The notes under the pieces: generated by a model
What the model was told of the DNA's origin: nothing
The model's input: the letters and a program-made list of their open reading frames with translations, nothing else
Database searches by the model: none
Origin: a virus
Strand: one strand, 5' to 3'
DNA length: 64,000 bases
Virus genome (UHGV): UHGV-1451962
Position numbers and translations under genes: made by a program
Shown here: one piece after another, positions 57,191-64,000 of the stretch
Numbering within the stretch: the stretch's first letter is position 1
Layout of the letters: the number at the start of each line of letters is the position of its first letter

Positions 57191-57222
57191 ATATGAATGA
57201 GCTTTTTAAAGCTCATTCATAT
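57191..57222 (-). terminator. hairpin terminator
   Basis: Inverted repeat atatgaatgagcttt / aaagctcattcatat downstream of the 318-aa gene; U-rich flank on the minus strand. Confidence 0.45.
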
Positions 57223-57232
57223 AAAATTTTAA

Positions 57233-58189
57233 TTAAAAATCATAATCATTCTTACTAGAATTAACTGTAACTCCAGTTCCGCCACTAATAGCATTATTAT
57301 TTGCTTTATTCTGATAATCAAGCTGATTCTTCTTAATAGTTGCAAGAGCAATCTCTCGTGCTGCAACATAATCCTGAAGCTCAGAAGCAAGAATAGTATC
57401 TTCACTATCCCATTCATAAGGAGTTTGCTGCGCCCAATTAACTACATAATCCTTATAAGACTGAGGGGTTTCTCTTACAATTGCTTCGCCAAAAGCAGAC
57501 TCTTCCTCAATCTTCTTTACCACAGTCTGAGAAATAATCTTACCCTGAATACGAGTAAAAACTGGATTCTTAGGACTTGCTTCCAGTCCCTCAAAATAAT
57601 CCATCGCCGCAGGATTTACAGCAGTAAATTCAACAGGAAGCAATGCCTTACGGAAATCAAAAACTGCGCCCTTAATAACAACACGCTCAGGCTTACCTCT
57701 CTCATCATCTGCCTCATAATGCACACAATTATTAATCACAATATCTTCATTGAAGGTTGCACTCTTAGATTCATCAATTCCCTCTTCGGGACAAACCTCA
57801 AGATGAATAAAACCACCTTCAAGACGTCGATTACTTACCAGCTTTTCCATATCATTCTTATCATAAAATTCATTCAAAGCAATAGCAGTATCAATTCTTA
57901 CATACGCTGCATTGTCCTTGCCATTATCCATGACATTACCCAGATCATTATTCAAAATTCGCTCAAGAATATTATAAGTATCATTAGTACCACGAGCAGT
58001 AACCGCAGTCACATATCTAAAATGAACAGTAACAACATTCAAACACTTATTATCTGTTGCAATATTAACGTCACCGCGAATATACTCAGTACCAGGATTC
58101 TTAGAAGCACTGCCAGAAACCTTCTTTTCAAGCTTGTGACTATGAACAAAACCATTCAAATGTACTGCATTAATAAACTTCTTACTCAT
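57233..58189 (-). CDS. putative single-stranded DNA-binding protein
   Basis: 318 aa; acidic aromatic C-terminal tail (…NDYDF) reminiscent of SSB tails; GC-richer codons; weak assignment. Confidence 0.3.
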   Translation of the reverse strand: MSKKFINAVHLNGFVHSHKLEKKVSGSASKNPGTEYIRGDVNIATDNKCLNVVTVHFRYVTAVTARGTNDTYNILERILNNDLGNVMDNGKDNAAYVRIDTAIALNEFYDKNDMEKLVSNRRLEGGFIHLEVCPEEGIDESKSATFNEDIVINNCVHYEADDERGKPERVVIKGAVFDFRKALLPVEFTAVNPAAMDYFEGLEASPKNPVFTRIQGKIISQTVVKKIEEESAFGEAIVRETPQSYKDYVVNWAQQTPYEWDSEDTILASELQDYVAAREIALATIKKNQLDYQNKANNNAISGGTGVTVNSSKNDYDF

Positions 58190-58281
58190 TATTTTCTCCT
58201 TTTGATTTAATTATTTTTTATTGCCACTTCTGAAAAGAGGCTTTTCTTTTTATTTTCTATAAATATTGTATAATATTTTTT

Positions 58282-58941
58282 TTAATTTTTCAATTTACCG
58301 CAAGAATGCTTCTCGGTACATTTGCCGAAATATTGACATTTAGGAATAAATAAGTGATCTACCAAATATTTCCATTCTTCTGAGTAAATAGCAAGTGCTT
58401 TTTTTATATCCTGCATAACATTTTGATATTCCCAATAAGCACGTTTACACATTCTTTGATGGGACATATCAACTAAATTCCGCAAATTAGTTCTTACTAC
58501 TACTTTTGTTTCCATACCAAGAGGAAGTAAAAGACTAGCATCTTCAATTGGCATCCCCATATCAACTAATACTTTATAATTCTGAGCAATCGACTGCATA
58601 CTTTCTTCATATTTTTGTTTCATTTCTTTAGAAGTAAAAGAAGGAGAAACAAAAGAAAAAGAATCATAGTTGATATAGCGAGTTGATGCCTGTAGTCGTG
58701 TGGGGCCACCTGAAATATGAGTATAAAATTCTCTTAAAGTTTTTGCGCTATATCCTTCAAGGATCATATAAACTTGTGGAAATTCCATAACTCTTCCATG
58801 CCCAGATTCAATACATTCTTTAGCTCTTTTGATATTATTATATTTATTTGTGATTTTTGCGTTCCAACATACTCCAGCTTCAACGCCGATAAGATGAAGA
58901 GGATTCTTAGTAGTTGCAGATTGGATAATAACTTTGCCCAA
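58282..58941 (-). CDS. ThyX-like (flavin-dependent thymidylate synthase family) protein, tentative
   Basis: 219 aa; segment EFYTHISGGPTRLQASTRY partially resembles the ThyX RHR…S.RY signature. Confidence 0.35.
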   Translation of the reverse strand: MGKVIIQSATTKNPLHLIGVEAGVCWNAKITNKYNNIKRAKECIESGHGRVMEFPQVYMILEGYSAKTLREFYTHISGGPTRLQASTRYINYDSFSFVSPSFTSKEMKQKYEESMQSIAQNYKVLVDMGMPIEDASLLLPLGMETKVVVRTNLRNLVDMSHQRMCKRAYWEYQNVMQDIKKALAIYSEEWKYLVDHLFIPKCQYFGKCTEKHSCGKLKN

Positions 58942-59003
58942 TTTTATTACACCTCTTTAAGAGAAATAAAAGGAGGACAAAAGCCCTCCTTTTACATTAA
59001 TTA

Positions 59004-59270
59004 TCAATCATCAATATCGTCAGGGGTAAAGTTCATACCTTCCTCGGTCAACTGAAGCAGTTTAATAGCCTTATGAGTACCATCAGGTAGCTCAACCTCA
59101 GCGGGAACACGAATGCCATAACCCTTACGCTGAATAGCGGAAGTAAAAATACCATCGACCTGACGCTTCTCCAAACCTAGTGCGCCAGCCACATCAGCAC
59201 TTGTCATATCAGTACCAGCGTTATTCTTCAAATACTCAAAAACCTTCTTAGAATTGTCGGACATTGCCAT
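59004..59270 (-). CDS. hypothetical small protein
   Basis: 88-aa ORF with GC-richer codons. Confidence 0.35.
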   Translation of the reverse strand: MAMSDNSKKVFEYLKNNAGTDMTSADVAGALGLEKRQVDGIFTSAIQRKGYGIRVPAEVELPDGTHKAIKLLQLTEEGMNFTPDDIDD

Positions 59271-59384
59271 AATTAATTATCTCCTTTTATTTAAATATTT
59301 TTTTTAATTTATATAATAATCTATGAGTATTATTTCTTTCATAGTTATTAACTTAATTTATGTATATATTATATCAAAAAAATT

Positions 59385-59594
59385 TTAATTTTTCAAATTC
59401 TTTTGAATAATTTCATCAATTTCTGCCATAACTTCAAAGCCTTGACCATGCGGCAACCGCATAATCATTTCTGTTAATTGCATAATACGCTTTTCAGCCT
59501 TAGCAATTTGATCTTGACTACTGTCTCCATCATTATGGATTTTTTCTAATGCAGTCATTTCAGATGCAATTTTTTTAATTTGTTTTTTTGTCAT
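59385..59594 (-). CDS. hypothetical small protein
   Basis: 69-aa ORF. Confidence 0.3.
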   Translation of the reverse strand: MTKKQIKKIASEMTALEKIHNDGDSSQDQIAKAEKRIMQLTEMIMRLPHGQGFEVMAEIDEIIQKNLKN

Positions 59595-59649
59595 TATTTT
59601 TTCCTTAACCTTTATTGTATTTATATTATATTATATTTTTTTAAAAAAA

Positions 59650-60747
59650 TCAAGAAAAAATTTCTTCTATTAAACAATCTTTTGCTGGTTTATCTTCTCT
59701 GATTTTAATAAAATGAGGATGCCGCAGAGTGTGTTCATTTTTATCAATTTGCATACAATCAATACTGACAACATGATTTAAAAATTCTTCTGGATTTTTA
59801 AGAATTAGATTTTTATCTTCATCTGTTAAGCCAGAAGAAACTGTTCCAATTTTAACTAATTTTCCTGTATTGTCATAGGCTCCTACCTCTAGTGCAGTTT
59901 TCCAACCAAAAAAATAAGGTTTAGTAATAGGAGTATAGTTGTCTTTATCTTTAATCCAGTTTATATAATAACGTCCTTCTTGCAAACCATCAGGAGTTTC
60001 CCAATACTCCCATGTCTCTAAATCTTTTCCTGTATATTTTTTGGTAGCAGGACAAAAACCAATACAGACTAAATCCACACTATCTGTACGTTTAATTTTA
60101 ATAGTAGACCAAGCAGGACGTTTATCAGGATAATACGGCAAATTTTTCTTTTTTAAAACAAGTCCTTCTCCGCCCACTTTTAAAATAATATCAAGACGTT
60201 CTTGAATTTTTGTATCAAAAGCAAAAGCCAATTTAAGAAAATTAAACTGACCTAAATAATGTTTATCCCAAATTGCTTTTAAAATTTTATACCTATCCCA
60301 AGCAGGACAATTAACTAAATTACATCCATCATATTGAATAATATCATGGATATAATAATGAATAAGGTTATTCTTTTGTCTTTTGATTGCGGTAGCTGGT
60401 AAACACCCCATAATAGTTGTTACTTCTTTTGAAGTTTTTCCTGGATAAAAAATTTCTCCAATTAAAGTAGTGTTAGGAGGAAGACAACTATCTAAAGCCT
60501 TCATAATATGAGGTACATTTTCACCCTTTTCAGAATAATATCCAGTTGTTTTAGAAATATTTCTACTAAAAAGATAGGAATAATGTTCTGTTTTTTCATA
60601 CTGATACCAATAACCATCAATTTTTTCTTCAGCAAAATACTCTTTAGAATTTAAAATTTCTGGAAGTTTATATGCTTCCATATCAGAAGGAATTTTCCAG
60701 ATTTTCATTGGCGGAATCATTTTAGCTTCTGGATACAATAATATCAC
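59650..60747 (-). CDS. ATP-dependent DNA (or RNA) ligase-like nucleotidyltransferase
   Basis: 365 aa; motif I KIDG (AEEKIDGYWY), motif IV-like EGLVLKKK; 4-nt overlap with the upstream topoisomerase gene. Confidence 0.5.
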   Translation of the reverse strand: MILLYPEAKMIPPMKIWKIPSDMEAYKLPEILNSKEYFAEEKIDGYWYQYEKTEHYSYLFSRNISKTTGYYSEKGENVPHIMKALDSCLPPNTTLIGEIFYPGKTSKEVTTIMGCLPATAIKRQKNNLIHYYIHDIIQYDGCNLVNCPAWDRYKILKAIWDKHYLGQFNFLKLAFAFDTKIQERLDIILKVGGEGLVLKKKNLPYYPDKRPAWSTIKIKRTDSVDLVCIGFCPATKKYTGKDLETWEYWETPDGLQEGRYYINWIKDKDNYTPITKPYFFGWKTALEVGAYDNTGKLVKIGTVSSGLTDEDKNLILKNPEEFLNHVVSIDCMQIDKNEHTLRHPHFIKIREDKPAKDCLIEEIFS

Positions 60748-63119
60748 TCCTCAATTTTAGATACCGAATTTATTTTATTATTATTCTTAATAATTTTTAC
60801 CCCTTGTGCAACTTTACTTCCTAATGTCAATTCTTTTGCTGAAATTTTAATAGTAGATTTATCTCCCACAATCAATAAATTATTACTATTATTAATTAAA
60901 CAACAGCCCGCAATAATTCCTCGATAGCCATAAGTACCTCTTCCACCTCTTTTTTGCAATACAAATTCTTTTAATAAAACTTGTTTGCCATTGCCATCTT
61001 CGCTAATAAAAGCTAGATTATTTTTATTATTTGTAACTGGTAAACAGGTAAATACACTATCTCCTTCGCGCAAATTAATTCCTTTTACTCCTTGCGCAAT
61101 CCGAGAAGAAATTGGCATATCTTTTGAATCAAAATGTAAAACAGTACCATTCTTGGTAATTAATAGCATTGTCTCTTCTTCAATAAAAGTTACAGCTCTA
61201 AGTGCATCATTTTCTTTTAAAGAGATTGCTACAACGCCCGTATTTCTTTTAGTATTATTAAATTCCTCTAAAGCAACCTTTTTAATAATACCATTCTTAG
61301 TTACAAAAAAAACATACTTTGCATTTGTTCCTTGATGTAAAGAAGCAAAAGCCATAGGAAATTCATTTTTATCAAACTTAATTAAAGTATTTAAATTACT
61401 TCCTTTGGAAGAGTTAGTCCCTTCTGGGATATTGTTCACCAGCAAACGATACATTTTCCCCTTAGAAGAAAAAACCATTAAAGTATCAATAGTATTAGTA
61501 TCACAAATATAAGAAATAATATCATCATTATTTTTAATACCTACACCATTGCGCTTTTGTGTTTTATAATTTTTGTTAGGAATGCGTTTAATATTACCAG
61601 ATTTAGTAATAGATACAACGCAATTTTCAGGAACAATATCAGGAACTATTGCTTCAATATTATTATCTTCTAAATTTAATAGTTTAGTTCTTCTCTTATC
61701 TCCATATTTATCTTTTAATTCAGTAATAATATTAATTAAAGTATTATCGCGAATTTCTTTATTGGTTAAAATACCAATACAATATTCAATAAACTTCTTT
61801 TTATCTTCCAATTCTTGAATTAATTCATTTTTGTTAATTTTACTTAATTTGCCGAGTTTCATGTCTAAAACTGCATTTGCCTGAACTTCATCAATAGAAA
61901 GAAAAGCCATCAAACTTTCTTTTGCCATTTGATTATTTTCAGATTGCTTAATAATTTTAATTACTTCATCAATTTTATCTACCGCGGTAATAAGACCTTC
62001 CAAAATATGAACTCTAGCTTCTGCTTTCTCTTTGTCAAAAGTAGTAGAATTAATTAACATGTTTTCTTGATGTAAAACATAATTCTTAATTAAATCTAAC
62101 ATAGAACAAAGTTTAGGAGTACCATTAACAATAAAGTTCATATTATAAGAAAGGGTAGTCTGCAAATCAGTTAATTTAAATAATCTATTTAAAGCAATTT
62201 GTGGATTTACATTTTTCTTAACGTAAAAGATTAACTTATTTTGTCCAACATTGGATTCATCATCAAAATCCTCAATTACTTCTGCCAAAACATCTACATT
62301 TTTTTCAATCTGTTCTTTAATTTTATTTCGATAGGTTCTATAAGGAATGGTCGTAAAGATAATTTTATTATCTTTAATCTCATAATCTCCTTGAATCTTT
62401 AAAGAAACAGAGGAATGACCAGTATTAAAAGCAGTATAAATATCTTTGATATTAATAATAGTACCGCCTAATGGAAAATCTGGCCCAGGTAAATATTTAA
62501 GCAGATCGTTAGTATTGGAAATTTTTTTCTGAATAAACGCGATTACAGTTTCACATACTTCTGTTAGATTATGTGGGCTACTATTATGGCTCATAGATAC
62601 ACCAATAGCCTGTCTACCATTGCAAATTGCGTTAGGAAAAAGTGAAGGAAGAATAACTGGTTCCATAAATTCACCATTATATGTCTCTTTTGTTGGGACA
62701 ATATTCTTTTTAAAATCCTTCATCATCAAATCTGCATAAATACTAGGTTTAGCTTCTGTATATCTAGCAGAAGCCACCATATCATTATTCTCTTGCGTAC
62801 CCAATGAACCCTGTCCCGCAATTAGAGGATACCGCATAAGATAATCCTGAGACATTTTACATAAAACTCCATAGCAACTAACATCACCATGAAAATAGCT
62901 AGTTGCTAATGTACTTCCCACAATAGCGTTACACTTTTTTGTTTTACTTTTGTTATTCATTTTAAGATAATCTTCCATAGTCCAAAGAATTTTTCTTTGT
63001 GCGGAAAGAAGACCATCTTCAATTGAAGGAATAGCTCTATCTGTCAAAACTTCCGAACTGTAAGTTAAAAAGTTTTCTTTGGCTTCATCAAGAATATCAA
63101 CTTCTGTAATTAAACTCAT
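60744..63119 (-). CDS. type IIA DNA topoisomerase, A subunit (GyrA/ParC-like)
   Basis: 791 aa; N-terminal DGLLSAQRKILW (GyrA DGLKPVHRR-like) and ARYTEAK motif with active-site Tyr region. Confidence 0.75.
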   Translation of the reverse strand: MSLITEVDILDEAKENFLTYSSEVLTDRAIPSIEDGLLSAQRKILWTMEDYLKMNNKSKTKKCNAIVGSTLATSYFHGDVSCYGVLCKMSQDYLMRYPLIAGQGSLGTQENNDMVASARYTEAKPSIYADLMMKDFKKNIVPTKETYNGEFMEPVILPSLFPNAICNGRQAIGVSMSHNSSPHNLTEVCETVIAFIQKKISNTNDLLKYLPGPDFPLGGTIINIKDIYTAFNTGHSSVSLKIQGDYEIKDNKIIFTTIPYRTYRNKIKEQIEKNVDVLAEVIEDFDDESNVGQNKLIFYVKKNVNPQIALNRLFKLTDLQTTLSYNMNFIVNGTPKLCSMLDLIKNYVLHQENMLINSTTFDKEKAEARVHILEGLITAVDKIDEVIKIIKQSENNQMAKESLMAFLSIDEVQANAVLDMKLGKLSKINKNELIQELEDKKKFIEYCIGILTNKEIRDNTLINIITELKDKYGDKRRTKLLNLEDNNIEAIVPDIVPENCVVSITKSGNIKRIPNKNYKTQKRNGVGIKNNDDIISYICDTNTIDTLMVFSSKGKMYRLLVNNIPEGTNSSKGSNLNTLIKFDKNEFPMAFASLHQGTNAKYVFFVTKNGIIKKVALEEFNNTKRNTGVVAISLKENDALRAVTFIEEETMLLITKNGTVLHFDSKDMPISSRIAQGVKGINLREGDSVFTCLPVTNNKNNLAFISEDGNGKQVLLKEFVLQKRGGRGTYGYRGIIAGCCLINNSNNLLIVGDKSTIKISAKELTLGSKVAQGVKIIKNNNKINSVSKIEE

Positions 63120-63131
63120 TCTTTTCCTCCT

Positions 63132-64000
63132 TTAATCAAAAGTAAAACCAAGCTCGGTAGCATTTTCATAAATATATTGTTTGCGGGGTTCTACTTTAAC
63201 TCCCATTAAAATTTCAAGTAATTCATCTGCTTTTTCTGCATCACTAATAGTAATTCTTTTATAGCGTTCTTGCTCAAAACAAACTTTCTGAAGATCACGT
63301 GCGTTTAACTCGCCCAAACCTTTCGCTCTCACTAGCTCATAAGTGCCTTGATGCTGAGTTTTCCACTCTTCAAGTTCTTCATCAGTATAAGCATAGTATT
63401 CATTATTCTTCTGACGAATAATGTACAAAGGAGTAACTGCTCTATAAAGTTTTCCTGCTTCGACTAAAGGCCGCATATAAGTAAAAAAGAATGTAGTTAA
63501 AAGTAATTCAATACTAGCTCCATCAGAATCTGCATCCGAAGTAATTACGATTTTATCAAATTGCATTTTATCTACATCAAAAGTTTTATCAAAACCTCCA
63601 CCAATTACTTTAATAATATCAGAAATTTCTTGATTAGCAAGAATTTTTTCAACAGATTGTTTTCTAGGGCTAATAGTTTTACCTTTTAACATATAAATAC
63701 AATCTGTTTTGGGATTCCGTGCTTCAACGGCAGATGATCCTGCGCTTAAACCCTCGACTAGCAGTAGATTACGCTGGCTTGGATTCTTATTTGTGCAATC
63801 AATAAATTTATTACTTAGGGCGATTTTGGCTTTAAGACCAGTTTCTTTTTTACCCTTATCCCTAACAGCTTCTCTAGCTTTTCGAGCTGCTTCTCTAGCT
63901 TTTCGAGCATTGATCGCCTTATCTGCGATTTTCTTTATTTCTTTTTCATTTGCTTCAAACCAATATTGTAATTCTTGTGCAATGATTCCTGCAAAAGGGT
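63132..64000 (-). CDS. type IIA DNA topoisomerase, B subunit (GyrB-like), 5'-truncated by window end
   Basis: C-terminal GyrB-like region: TSDADSDGASIELLLTTFF (Toprim DxD region) and KGLGELN motif; reading frame appears to continue upstream of the track start at 63692 to the window edge. Confidence 0.7.
   Translation of the reverse strand, partial: PFAGIIAQELQYWFEANEKEIKKIADKAINARKAREAARKAREAVRDKGKKETGLKAKIALSNKFIDCTNKNPSQRNLLLVEGLSAGSSAVEARNPKTDCIYMLKGKTISPRKQSVEKILANQEISDIIKVIGGGFDKTFDVDKMQFDKIVITSDADSDGASIELLLTTFFFTYMRPLVEAGKLYRAVTPLYIIRQKNNEYYAYTDEELEEWKTQHQGTYELVRAKGLGELNARDLQKVCFEQERYKRITISDAEKADELLEILMGVKVEPRKQYIYENATELGFTFD

Noticed and set aside
57425-58210. 261-aa plus-strand ORF antisense to the SSB-like gene
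   Set aside because: Low-complexity Ile/Leu/Asn-rich translation typical of the antisense of an AT-rich gene; the minus-strand gene has the coherent composition and operon context.

Overview
This 64-kb window reads as a contiguous piece of a large, low-GC tailed phage or prophage, and it carries a complete diversity-generating retroelement (DGR) aimed at a receptor-binding-type protein. All calls rest on manual reading of the sequence and the supplied ORF track; no database search or computation was run, so functions are motif-based and the GC and codon-usage statements are by-eye estimates. Layout: (1) 1-26.9 kb, plus strand: virion and tail module, including a 2871-aa tape-measure-like protein, large tail or baseplate proteins and tail-fibre proteins, punctuated by rho-independent terminators. 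(2) 27.0-32.2 kb, minus strand: the DGR cassette, comprising the target gene with a C-terminal variable repeat (VR, 30387-30491), a GC-rich hairpin just 3' of the VR, a consensus sigma70-like promoter, an Avd-like accessory ORF, the template repeat (TR, 29589-29693) and a reverse transcriptase with the YMDD and GxxxSQ motifs. In the manual alignment 20 of the 21 TR/VR mismatches fall at TR adenines in the coding sense. (3) 32.4-38.9 kb, plus strand: a second tail-fibre gene, small XkdW/XkdX-like ORFs, a small serine recombinase, and a cluster of small genes, two of which have atypical GC-rich codon usage. (4) 38.9-64.0 kb, minus strand: replication and nucleotide-metabolism module (RuvC-like resolvase, dUTPase, anaerobic ribonucleotide reductase NrdD/NrdG, guanylate kinase, DnaE-like polymerase, SF1 helicase, DHH/RecJ-like nuclease, primase, DnaB-like helicase, ligase, and type II topoisomerase A and partial B subunits). 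No rRNA, tRNA or CRISPR array was recognised.
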